A stretch of 61,883 nucleotides of DNA, from contig NC_057750.1 of assembly GCF_004010195.1 (NCBI RefSeq), positions 4,326,759 through 4,388,641 on the forward strand, given 5' to 3'. Positions 50,605 through 61,883 of the stretch are shown here, one piece after another. Under the pieces are notes generated by a model, which saw nothing but the letters and a program-made list of their open reading frames with translations, was not told where the DNA came from and ran no database searches. Positions within the stretch are counted from its first letter, which is position 1, and every line of letters begins with the position of its first letter. Position numbers and translations under genes: made by a program. Source of the stretch: Chiloscyllium plagiosum (lineage: Eukaryota).

Positions 50605-51021
50605 TCAGGCTGGGGCTGTTTTCCCTGGAGTGTCGGAGGCTGAGGGGTGACCTTATAGAGGTTTACAAAATTATGTGGGGCATGGACAGGGTAAATAGAC
50701 AAAGTCTTTTCCCTACGGTGGGGGAGTCCAGAACTAGGGGGCAAAGGTTTTGGGTGAGAGGGGAAAGATATAAAAGAGACCTAAGGGGCAACGTTTTAAC
50801 TCAGAGGGTGGTACGGGTATGGATTAAGCTGCCAGAGGAAGTGGTGGAGGCTGGTACAATTACAACATTTAAAAGGTATATGAATAGGAAGGGTTTGGAG
50901 GGATATGGGCCGGGTGCTGGCAGGTGGGACTAGATTGGGTTGGGATATCTGGGTCAGCATGGACGGGTTGGATCGAAGGGTCTGTTTCCATGCTGTACAT
51001 CTCTATGGCTCTATGACTCCA
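50605..51021 (+). mobile_element. Young CR1/HER1-like LINE 3' end
   Basis: Nearly intact ORF2 C-terminus LGLFSLECRRLRGDLIEVYKIM...; tail ctctatggctctatgactc; a near-identical 3' end lies at 59040-59185(-). Confidence 0.9.
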
Positions 51022-52120
51022 TAAATGAGTGACTCCTAATTTTGAAACATTGACCCCCAGTTGTAGACTCACCTACAAGAGGAAACATCCTCTCCACATC
51101 CATCATGTCAACTCCCTCATGATTTTGTATGTTTCAATCAAGTCACCTCTTGGTTTTCTAAACTCCAGTGGATCAAGCCACGTCTGTCTAACCTTTTCAC
51201 ATATTACAGTACAGATACTGTCATTTCAGCTATTAGTTTGGTAGACCTAATCCGATCTTCTCTAAGCATTTAAATCCTTCCTTAGTAAGGTGATCAGTAC
51301 TGTAGACATTACTCCAGCTGTAGTCTCACCAGTGCTTTGCATAATTGGAGTATAACCTCCTAATTTTCAATTCCCTTTGCAATAAATGATAATCTTCCAT
51401 TGAAATTCCCTAATTCCCTAATTACTTCCTGTCTTCCTGTCTTACTTCCTGTCTTACTTCCCTAATTACTTCCTGCAGACTAACCTTTTGCAAACAATGC
51501 GCTAGAACACCCAGATCCCCCTGCATTTCAAAGCTCTCCAATCTATCACCTTTACCCAATAAGCTTATTTTCTTATTATTCCTGCCAAAGAGGACAATTT
51601 CCCAAGTTATACTTGATTTGCCATATCTTTGCTCCATCACTGAACCTATCTGAATGTTTGTGTCAGCTTCAAACATTCTCAGAGGTTAACAGGCTTGAAA
51701 AGCTTCCGAAAATATAATGGCTGTAATTACACTATGACTGTTGCCACAGCAATTTACAACGGTAAGCACAGACAAAAACACGTCGCCAAAAATCATGGCA
51801 ACATGGTTTTCCACCCCCCCCCCCCCCCCCCACAAGATTCTTAATATAATGACATTATTTTACAAGCGAAGTCTATGTGTGATTATTTGATGACATGTGT
51901 TGCAAAAATCTCACTAGGCCAGAGGTGTTTCCTAGCAACTGGCTCAGGCCTAATGGAAGCCTGATTGAAAGCTCACTAATTGGTTCCATGTCTGATGGCA
52001 AGAGAAAAAAAACAATAAATGCTCACAAGCAAATATATTCGGTCGAATCATTCCCCACACTCAGCTTAAATTCGGGAACGGATTGAACAACAAGAAAAGA
52101 ATAAAACCTCGCTCTCTTAC

Positions 52121-52228
52121 CAAGTTTAATTTCACAGGGTCTTAGTCTTGGGTCTTCCAGGATATTTAGACGTCTCTTCTTCCTCCAGCATCGAGCTGGG
52201 TAGGTGTATAACTGTCCTGGGGCCAATC
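52121..52228 (-). CDS. DPF1: DPF1 coding exon 3 (108 nt)
   Basis: (G)[35 protein letters not shown]; acceptor tttctgtag|, donor TTG|gtaaga; phase 1 to 1. Confidence 0.96.
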
Positions 52229-52339
52229 CTACAGAAACCAAGCAAACAAACCAATTAAATGTTAGATATTTCAGAATGGACAGAAGTATGAACAGGCACG
52301 AAAAGGTGCACACGAAAAGGTGAGCAAGAAGAAACATCA

Positions 52340-53300
52340 GGAAACAGAGGCGCTTTGAGCCTGCTCCGCCATTCAACGTGACAGCAGCCGATCATCCAGC
52401 TCATCCCCTGTTCCATCTTTCTCCCCATACTCTTTAATCACCTTAGCCCTCAGAGCAATGTCTCACTCCTCCTTGAAAACATTCAATGTTTTAGCCTTAA
52501 CTGCTTTCTGTGGCCAAGAAGTCCATAGGCTCTCCAATCTCTGGGTGAAGACATTTCTCCTCATCTTGGTCCTAAATGACCTGCCCTGTATCCTTAAGAC
52601 TACAACCCCCTGGTTCTGGATTCCACGGTCATCGGGAGGGTCATTCCTGCATTTACCCTGTCTAGTCCTATTGGAATTGGTTAGGTTTCTATCAAATTTC
52701 CCCATTTATTTTTCTAAACTCCAATGAATATAGTCCGAACTGATTCAGTTTTGGTTTATACGTCAGTCCTGCCATCCCAGATAAACTTTGCTGCAGTCCC
52801 TCCATCATCAGAACAGCCTTCCTCAGGTAAGGAGAACAAAACTGCACACAGTACTCCAGGGGTGGCCTCACCAAGGCTCTGTACAACTGCAGTAAGACAT
52901 CCCTGTTCCAACCCTCTCACTATAAAGGCCAATATATCATTTACCTTCTGCACTGTCTGCTGCACCTCAGCAGCGGCTGGTGTACAAGCATACCAGAACT
53001 AATTGCAATTTTTTTTGTCCATCTTTCACCATTCAGGTAATAAACGGCCTTCCCGTTTTTTGTTACCAAATTGAATAATCTCACATTTATCCACATTTTC
53101 TTTAAATGACATGCATCTGCCCACTCTCTCAACTTGTCCTAATCATCCCTGCATGCTCCTCACAGCTCACCCTCCCGCCCAGCTTTGTGTCGTCTGCACA
53201 CTTGGAGATTACATTTTGTTCTATTGTTTATATATAGAAATAGTGACGAGCCAGTGTCCAAGCACAGCTCCCTGCAGTACTCACTGCCTGCATTTAGAAA
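52340..53300 (-). mobile_element. Degenerate CR1-like LINE fragment
   Basis: Remnant peptides YRALVRPPLEYCVQF and FRTKMRRNVFTQR. Confidence 0.75.
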
Positions 53301-53643
53301 TGACCTCTCGTTCTAGAATACCCCACATGACGAGAAAAACACTATGTCTACTCTGTTAATCCCCTTTAGTATCTTCCGTCCCTCAATTAGATCCCCTCTC
53401 ATTCTACCAAACTCCAGAGAGTATAAACCCCAAACTGTTCAATCTGAATTAAGTTGAAAGAACAGGGACAGGCGAAGGGGGTGAATTAGAGAAAGAGAGG
53501 ACAGTAGTGGGAGGACTTAGTCAGGATCACAGTCACAGTTAAAGGAATAAAGCTGAATTTATTTCTCCAGACTTTCAGAGTGCTCTATATTTGTCTCTTC
53601 ACACAAAGGAAGGTTGCACTTCCAGTCCACGGCAGGCAGGATC

Positions 53644-54929
53644 CTCACTGATACTGCACGAGGGGAGTACTCACTGATATTGCACAAGGGGAGTACTCAC
53701 TGATATTGCACAAGGGGAGTACTCACTGATATTGCACGAGGGGAGTACTCACTGATACTGCACGAGGGGAGTACTCACTGATACTGCACGAGGGGAGTAC
53801 TCACTGATACTGCACGAGGGGAGTACACACTGGTACTGCACGAGGGGAGTACTCACTGATACTGCACGAGGGGAACACTCACTGGCACTGCACGAGGGGA
53901 ATACACACTGATACTGCACGAGGGGAGTACACACTGATACTGGACGAGGGGAACACTCACTGCTACTGGACGAGGGGAGGACTCACCGATACCGCACGAG
54001 GGGAGGACTCACTGATACCGCACGAGGGGAGGACTCACCGATACCGCAGGAGGGGAGTACTCACCGATACTGCAGGAGGGGAGGACTCACCGATACCGCA
54101 CGAGGGGAGGACTCACTGATACCGCACAAGGGGAGGACTCACCGATACCGCAGGAGGGGAGTACTCACCGATACTGCAGGAGGGGCGTATTCCCCGATAC
54201 TGCAGGAGGGGAGTATTCCCCGATACTGCAGGAGGGGAGTACTCACCGATACTGCAGCAAGGGAGTACTCACTGATACTGCAGCAGGGGAGTACTCACCG
54301 ATACTGCAGCAGGGGTGTACTCACTGATACTGTAGGAGGGGAGTACTCACCGATACTGAAGGATGGGTGTACTCACTGATACTGCAGGAGGGAAGTACTC
54401 ACTGATACTGCAGGAGGGGAGTATTCCCCGATACTGCAGGAGGGGAGTATTCCCCGATACTGCAGGAGGGGAGGACTCACCGATACTGCAGCAAGGGAGT
54501 ACTCACTGATACTGCAACAGGGGAGTACTCACCGATACTGCAGCAGGTGAGTACTCACCGATACTGCAGCAGGGAAGTACTCACTGATACTGCAGGAGGG
54601 GAGTACTCACTGATACTGCAGGAGGGGAGTACTCACTGATACTGCAGCAGGAGAGTACTCACTGATACTGCAGCAGGAGAGTACTCACCGATACTGCAGG
54701 ATGGGTGTACTCACCGATACTGCAGGATGGGTGTACTCACCGATACTGCAGATGGGGAGTATTCACTGATACTGCAGGAAGGGAGTACTCACCGATACTG
54801 CAGGAGGGGTGTACTCACCGATACTGCAGGATGGGTGTACTCACCGATACTGCAGATGGGGAGTATTCACTGATACTGCAGGAAGGGAGTACTCACCGAT
54901 ACTGCAGGAGGGGAGTACTCACTGATACT
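53644..54929. repeat. 26-bp minisatellite, about 49 copies
   Basis: Unit ctcactgatactgcacgaggggagta, with variant blocks along the array. Confidence 0.97.
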
Positions 54930-56452
54930 GACTAAAACTCTGTTAAGCATATGGCCTGAAATCTGACCAGAGGTGGCCTGGGAGAGTGAGGGGCAAGAGG
55001 GCTCATGTGGTTATGTAATGAGCAGGGGAGTGGGCACTGGGAGTTGATTAAACCCAGGGTGTGGATTGGTTAATAGACTGTTACTCGCATGTTGAGTTAA
55101 ACAGCAAAAGCCATTCGGAGATTTGCGACAGTTTTATGGTAAGTCTGTTGTTGGGTACAAACACCAGCTACCACCTTTCTTTTGTCGATCCTTTCTCTCT
55201 GTCCAGAAGCAAAAGCTCCACTGGGAAAGCACCCAGCTCTTTGTATTTTTATATTATTTTAATAACGCAACCAAATTGTCCAATTATCAACCAACAAACA
55301 CTGTCCACCCGGGTCAAACAACAAAATCAAATAAGGGAGAAACCGAATCAACATGGAATTGATGGAGCAAGTAATGTCCTCCTGGTTCCCCAGGGTGCCC
55401 ACCTCTCTCTCTGAAAACCTTAAGAACTCAGTTCTTTTTCTTTAAAGACAAATCACCGAATTAACTAATTAAACAAACAACAAAATAAAATTACAATTAA
55501 AAATAAGAAAAAAAAATGGAAGAACTAAATCATAATAGTGTTGGGGGCAGGGATGGTTGTGGGGGTATACTGCACACCAGCCCCTGTGATAGCTAAAAGT
55601 CTCAAAAACCCAATTTATTTTTGTATTAACAGAAACTTAAGTATAAAGTCACTGCACGATACAAAGAATGTAACTGTTCATTTTCAATCTAAGATAGATA
55701 CACTTTTTGTTAAGCAAAGGTATCAAAGATACAGGCTAAAAGCAGGTAATATGGAGTTAATTAGATGTAACACAGTGCAGATCGGCTATTTGGCTATGAA
55801 GGCACATTCTCGAAATACCTCATGACACCCACTAACAATCCCTCTGTCCTGCAAAAGAAGGTATCACACATTCTGAAACAAAAGGTTTAGTGACAGCTGA
55901 CAGTGGCGAAAACATTGTGCAGTTTCTTCCTACCTAGTTCTGTTTTCCTCTTACTTCTACAGATTATTTTATCATCGAGTGCTTTGTTCTCCCTTCATAT
56001 CGAAAGGCCCTCTCTTTAATTGCCACGCTCAGCTAGAATCTCATTGAAAGGTGGAGGGGCTGAATAGCCATCACCTCTTATGCTCACTGGAGAGGGTGCA
56101 GAGGAGGTTCACCAGATTGTTGCCTGGGATGGAGCAGTTTAGGGATGAAGAGAGGCTGGATAAGCTCAGGTTTCTTTTGCAGAGAAGGGCTGAGGGGGAC
56201 TAGATAGAGGGTATAAGATGGTGAGGGGCATGGGCAGAATGGATAAGAAGCAGCTACTCCCCGAGTTTAAGGGTTAATAACAAGGAGGCATCAGGTTAAG
56301 GTGAAAGGCAGGAGGCTTTCAGGGGATTTGATGAAAAGCTTTATCACCCAGAGGACAGTGGGAGTCTGGAATTCACTCACAATCAGATCAATTGCAGAAA
56401 TCCCCCGACTTGGGGATCGGTATGTTAGCAGTGAAACAGGATTAAATTGGTT

Positions 56453-56602
56453 TAATTGGAAGCACACTAACTTTCGGAGCGACGCTCCTTCATCAGCGTC
56501 GCTCCGAAAGCTAATGCTTCCAATTAAACCTGTTGGACTCTAACCTGGTGTTGTGTGATTTTTAACTTTGTACACCCCAGTCCAACACCGGCATCTCCAA
56601 AT
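56453..56602 (+). mobile_element. Penelope-like terminal fragment (second family) with 16-bp TSD and hammerhead core
   Basis: caggattaaattggtt at 56437-56452 and 56603-56618; minus-strand ctgatga-a-ggagc(gtc)gctcc-gaaa-gt-ta at 56468-56496; related piece at about 45213-45315(-). Confidence 0.7.
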
Positions 56603-56906
56603 CAGGATTAAATTGGTTAGCCAAGGAACAATAGGCTTGTATCATTGTGACAACTTTGCCACCTCACTGGGAGTCACATCCATTCTCAGATCAACCCTGC
56701 TGACTGAGCAACATCAGCCCCTGATCTGGCAAAGCTCTAAATATCAAATTCCTGTCCCTGCGTTCCACCCACCTCTTCTGTAACATTCTCCGAAAACTCT
56801 GTGCACCTCCAATTCCAGTCTCTACAATCCCCAATTGAAAGCACTCCATCATTGGCAACCATGCCTTTAACTGTCGGGGGCCCAAACTCTCTCTCTCCTC
56901 CTCACC

Positions 56907-56938
<32 letters not shown>

Positions 56939-57378
56939 NNNNNNNNNNNNNNNNNNNNNNNNNNNNNNNNNNNNNNNNNNNNNNNNNNNNNNNNNNNNNN
57001 NNNNNNNNNNNNNNNNNNNNNNNNNNNNNNNNNNNNNNNNNNNNNNNNNNNNNNNNNNNNNNNNNNNNNNNNNNNNNNNNNNNNNNNNNNNNNNNNNNNN
57101 NNNNNNNNNNNNNNNNNNNNNNNNNNNNNNNNNNNNNNNNNNNNNNNNNNNNNNNNNNNNNNNNNNNNNNNNNNNNNNNNNNNNNNNNNNNNNNNNNNNN
57201 NNNNNNNNNNNNNNNNNNNNNNNNNNNNNNNNNNNNNNNNNNNNNNNNNNNNNNNNNNNNNNNNNNNNNNNNNNNNNNNNNNNNNNNNNNNNNNNNNNNN
57301 NNNNNNNNNNNNNNNNNNNNNNNNNNNNNNNNNNNNNNNNNNNNNNNNNNNNNNNNNNNNNNNNNNNNNNNNNNNNNN
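56939..57378. other. Assembly gap adjacent to a (CT)n microsatellite
   Basis: Run of N. Confidence 1.
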
Positions 57379-58013
57379 CTCACCCTCTATTCCATCCCCC
57401 CCCCCCCCTTTAAGATGCTTCATAAAAGCCCTCCCTGGTTCTGAGCTATCAATTGCCTGCCCGAATATCTCCAGATGTGAGTGGATGTCGATTGGTGGCT
57501 GTTTGGCTGATATATTGTGTGAAATATAAATAAACAGGTCTTGTTGTTGTCGCTTTCCCCCTCAGTGTTTTTTAGGAGCAATGGTCTGAAACTGAGGCAG
57601 GCAATCAAACGTAAGTGCACTGTAGTGGATGGTGCAGGAGTTAATTTGACGCAGTTCTGCTGCACGATATAATTTTCTAACTGCCTGATTTCTGCATCAC
57701 TGTAAAACAAGACAGCGGGACTGAAGGTTAACCCTGGAACATGGTGGGGTTCGGTAGATTCTGCAGAGGTTAAGCTATAAATAGAATCAAGACTCTGAAA
57801 GAATATCTGACCAGAAGCAGAACAGTGAGAGAAGCAGGAAAACATTTTGAATAATGCAACGTTCTGGAGCTGTGTCTGGCCAAGAACAGGATCAGCACAT
57901 TCCTTCCTGCTATCCCACTGCTCTGCTCCACATTTCTTTTTTCATCGTTCCCCACACATTGCACCAACAACTTAGAATTTACTCGACACCTTCCAACACT
58001 GGAACACACCCCA

Positions 58014-58328
58014 GGGTGGCACGGTGGCTGAGTGGTTAGCACTGCTGCCTCACAGCGCCTGAGACCCGGGTTCAATTCCCGCCTCAGGCGACTGACTGTG
58101 TGGAGTTTGCATGTTCTCCCTGTGTCTGCGTGGGTTTCCTCCGGGTGCTCCGGTTTCCTCCCAAGGTCCAAAGATGTGCAGGTCAGGGTGAATTGGCCAT
58201 GTTAAATTGCCCGTAGTGTTAGGTAAGGGGTAAAGTTGGGGTATGGGTGGGTTGCGCTTCGGCGGGTCGGTGTGGACTTGTTGGGCTGAAGGGCCTGTTT
58301 CCACACTGTAATGTAATCTAATCTAATC
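58014..58328 (+). mobile_element. Full-length HE1-like SINE
   Basis: CpG-rich, so probably young; A box, B box gggttcaattccc, core, CR1-like tail and aatctaatctaatc end. Confidence 0.9.
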
Positions 58329-58358
58329 CCAAGAACCATCAGCAGGAGCTGGTCAGGG

Positions 58359-58608
58359 TGGTGCTGGAAAGGTGAGGACTGCAGATGCTAGAAATCAGAT
58401 TCTAGATCAGAGTGGTGCTGGAAACGTACAGCCGGTCAGGCAGCATCCGAGGAACAGGAAAATCGACATTCCGAGCAAAGAAGGGCTTTTGCCCGAAAGG
58501 TCGATTTTCTTTTCCTGCTCCTCGGATGCTGCCTGACCTGCTGTGCTTTTCCAGCACCACTCTGATCTAAGCTCTCAATTCCAGCATCTGCAGTCCTCAC
58601 TTTTTCTT
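58359..58608. mobile_element. Palindromic Penelope-derived insertion with TSD
   Basis: Inverted arms gtgaggactgcagatgct.../...agcatctgcagtcctcac; agctggtcaggg at 58347-58358 and 58612-58623; another related copy at about 41150-41385. Confidence 0.75.
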
Positions 58609-58673
58609 AGAAGCTGGTCAGGGCTCTATAAAGAATCCTCAAGCTGAAAGGATAAGAGAGGCAAGGGATAGGC

Positions 58674-58773
58674 TAACCCGAACCCGAACCCTAACCTTAA
58701 CCTTGACCCTAATCCTATCCTTAACCTTTGACCCTATCCTTAACCTTTGACCCTAATATTAATCCTAATCCTA
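58674..58773 (+). repeat. Degenerate telomere-like hexamer tract
   Basis: aacccgaacccgaaccctaaccttaaccttgaccctaatcc... Confidence 0.75.
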
Positions 58774-60221
58774 TGTCTGAAGTGGATGGGTTGACAAGGA
58801 GCAAAGGAAAGTCTTGCATTTCTCTAGTACCTTTCACATCCTCAAAGCACCTTATAACTGTTGTGATACCCTTGGACAGTAGTCACTGTCAGAGGTGGAA
58901 GTGGTGTCGTAACGGTAATGTCGCAGAATGAGTATTGCAGGGGTTATTGGTCTGGGAATGTGGGCTCAGATAACTGTGGAAAATCTGGAACGGAAAACTA
59001 ATCTGAGCGATAATAACTATAAAACTATCAGCAATTAGAGTCATAGAGATGTACAGCATGGAAACAGACCCTTCGGTCCAACCCGTCCATGCTGACCCAG
59101 ATATCCCAACCCAATCTAGTCCCACCTGCCAGCATCCGGCCCATATCCCTCCAAACCCTTCCTATTCATATACCCACCCAAATGCAACCTCTATAAGGTC
59201 ACCCCTTGTTGTGAAAACAAAATCCCCATCTGGTTCACATATGTCCCTTTAGAGAGGGAAATCTGCAATTCTTACCTGGTCTGGCCATAGGGATGTCTCA
59301 GAGTAAGAACAGTTCAAGGGACAGTCAGGGATGGATAATAAATGCCAGCCTTACCAATGATTCCCACATTCCCTGAACAAATGAACTTATGACTCTCAGA
59401 TTATAATGTCAAGGCTGATAGATACTTGGATTGATGGTGATGGGGAGCTGGGGGGGGGGAACTGGAGCTGAGATCTGTTTCCCAAGGCACAGAGCTCAAA
59501 ACCCGGTGGTCGCAGATTCAAGTTCAGTGGCAGAAAGACTAGAGGGGACTCGGGGGAAAAAAACTTCTTCACGCAGAGGGCAATGATGGTCTGGAAGTCG
59601 CTGCCTGAGTTGGCAGTGGAGACAGAGACCCTAAACTCTGTTTAAAAAGTACCTGGATCTTCATCTTAAGTGGATTGTGAGCTGCAGAGATAAGAGGCAT
59701 GTGCAGGAAGCTGGGATTAAAAAAGGCATCTGGGTGTCTCTGGGTCAGCATGGACAAGAGAGACTGAATGGCACCCTTCTGCGTTCTATGGAGACTGCAG
59801 CCATCAGCCGTGATCTTACTGAGCGATAGTGCAGGTTCAAGGGGCCAAATGGACTGCTCCTGGCCCCTAACTCGCTCACGAAAGGAATAAGAAGGCGTAG
59901 GTTTAAACTGATGTACAAAAGAAGCAAGGGGATATGCAAGAAAAATCCTTCTTTCATTCAGCGAGTAGATAGAGTCTGGAATATGACTTTCTGGAAATGT
60001 GGGAAGGCAGGTTCAGTTGAGGCTTTCAAGAGGGGTACTGGCTGGTTATTTGGATAGGGCATGGGGAAAAGGCAGGAGGTTGGCACTGGGTAATGATGCT
60101 CATTCGAAGAGCTGGTGCAGACACAAGGGGCCGAATGGCCGCCTTCCGGGCCATCACAAACCCCAGCGCGCTCTCCACTCGCCCCCTACCCTCGCAAACC
60201 CGTCCCTAGTGAGACACGTGC

Positions 60222-60382
60222 CTGGGCCCCGGTGCGTCTTCTCCATCCAGATGTAGCAGTTGTTCTGGGCGACGCCCGTCTGGGAGTCCAGGAACGGCAG
60301 CCGCATGCTCCGCTCAGCGCACAGCCGCGCATTGTAGCTACGGCAATGCTCGATGGCCTCGCGGTAGAAATCCTCACCCAGC
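60222..60382 (-). CDS. DPF1: DPF1 coding exon 2 (161 nt), Requiem/DPF N-terminal domain
   Basis: Encodes [53 protein letters not shown](G), nearly identical to vertebrate DPF1 as I recall it. Acceptor ctttctgctggcag|G; donor CAG|GCACGT (GC donor). Confidence 0.95.
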
Positions 60383-61883
60383 CTGCCAGCAGAAAGGAAC
60401 AGAGAACACGTCAACACCATCATCCCCACCACCTTGTAGCTCCCAACTTCGAATCACCAACACTCAACAATCCTCACCGCTCTGCACGTGTCTGAAAGTG
60501 CAGTTTGATTTTCACTCACAAGATGTGGCCCAGGGCAGTATTTATTGCCCATACGAGTCAACCACATTGCTGAGAGTCTGGAGTCACATCTGGGTAGGGA
60601 TGGCAGTTTCCTTCACTAAAGGGCATTGCTGAACCAGATGGGCTTTTCCGATAATGGACAAATAATTCATGGTCATTAGTAGACTCTTAATTTCAGATTT
60701 TTACCCCATCTGCCATGGCAGGATTTGAACCCAAATCCCTAGAACATTACCTGGGTCTCTAGGTTAACAGTCTGGCAACAATACCACTACCTCCCCTTTT
60801 GGTAATGAATCACACTCCATTTGAGCACAGCACGGTCCCCAGAATCTCCAACAAATGGCCTGCTCCTGTACTATATCATTCTAACAAGTCGACCACCTCA
60901 TTAGGAGTCACATCACTCTAGGATCACCCTATATTGACTGGACGACATTGGCTCCCAGTCTGGCAAAGCTCCAAATATCAAATTCCCGCCCATGTTTTCA
61001 AATTCCTCCATCATCTCACACGCCCCCCCCCCCCCCCCGGCCCTGATCTCTAACTTCCTCTAGCCCCACAACCCTCCAAGACCTCTGTGTTCCTCCTGTT
61101 CCTGCCTCTTCACATTCTCCCTGATTTTCATCGCTCCATCACTGGCAACCATGCCTTCAGTAGCGTCAGTTCTAAGATCAGGAATTCCCCTATCTCCCTG
61201 CTGCTTTCAATCCCTCTCCCTCCACCTCTCCTTCTCTCTCTCACTCCCTCCTCCTTTCTCTCTCTCTCCTCCTCTTTGGAAGCTCCTGACAACCTCCCTC
61301 TTTGCTCAGGTTTTTTGGAGCAGTCTGTTGTTCGCTGTTGGCGCACACGTTTTTAAACAAAAAAAGGCAGTGCTGTTAACCGCCTCGAAGGTGCTACGTA
61401 AATGCACCTTGCTGTTGTTGCTGACTCTGTTCCAATTTCATGTCAGACATCTTGCCCTCTTTGTCACCCACAGCTTAAAATGTCTCCAAAATCGCTGCAC
61501 ACGTGCAGACCAGATGTACAGGGTGGTGAGAAGTATGAAAGAGAATTAGTTGGTTAAAAAAGAATTAGTCTTAATAATTGTCCAGGCAGCTGGGAATCTG
61601 ACAGACAAAGTGAGGCCCAGGATTTAAAAGATCCTGCAAAGACAGTTTGTTTCTGAAGCCAGGTGACCGTTCATTGGATAATCCGATGGAAACACCGGCA
61701 GGATAAAGCTCCTCAGAGGGTCGCACACAAACGGGATAAATAAGAGCCCAGGGTCTTATTCACAGCAGCAGAATTGGGGGAGAGAGAGGAGAGCGAGAAA
61801 CCTTCCGCCAAAGGACTGGGGATTGGGGTTGTGGGGATCGGAAGGATGATGGGGAAGTGAGATGTGGGGATGGGGCGTGTGGG

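Noticed and set aside
53644..54935. Possible CRISPR array or repeat-protein gene
   Set aside because: Contiguous 26-bp units without spacers and no sustained reading frame.
56691..57529. Long ORFs here and at 25585-26067
   Set aside because: Artefacts of translating through N gaps.
58014..58090. tRNA genes
   Set aside because: The A/B-box sequences are SINE heads that continue into SINE core and LINE-like tails.
3061..60382. Assignment as DPF2 or DPF3
   Set aside because: [36 protein letters not shown] and the terminal ASAYITLT are DPF1-type.
60383..61883. Coding exon 1 or promoter of DPF1
   Set aside because: No MAT-like start exon with a phase-2 donor and no CpG island seen; probably outside the window.

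Overview
Eukaryotic, repeat-rich genomic DNA. The repeat content (HE1-like tRNA-derived SINEs, CR1/HER1-like LINE 3' ends, Penelope-like fragments) points to an elasmobranch, probably a shark; the species is not established. The window holds most of a minus-strand DPF1 gene (neuro-d4/BAF45B, a neuronal BAF subunit). Ten coding exons from 60382 to the stop codon at 3061 splice into one open frame of 1093 nt covering the Requiem N-terminal domain, a C2H2 finger and the double PHD finger, ending in [11 protein letters not shown]. Coding exon 1 was not found and probably lies beyond the right edge. Main observations: (1) a non-canonical GC donor on the first visible exon; (2) a cluster of candidate microexons (33, 12, 8 and 22 nt, jointly in frame) plus further candidate cassette, poison or terminal exons in the 17.7 kb intron between the C2H2 and PHD1 exons; (3) many short palindromic Penelope-derived insertions from about four families, with 11-16 bp target-site duplications and minimal hammerhead-ribozyme cores, several intact on the pre-mRNA strand and one with a long helix I; (4) a 124 bp duplication around a LINE insertion, a template-switch inversion, a head-to-head SINE hairpin, RFX X-boxes and three minisatellites. 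Two assembly gaps lie at 25642-25858 and 56939-57378. Family assignments are by eye, without database searches.
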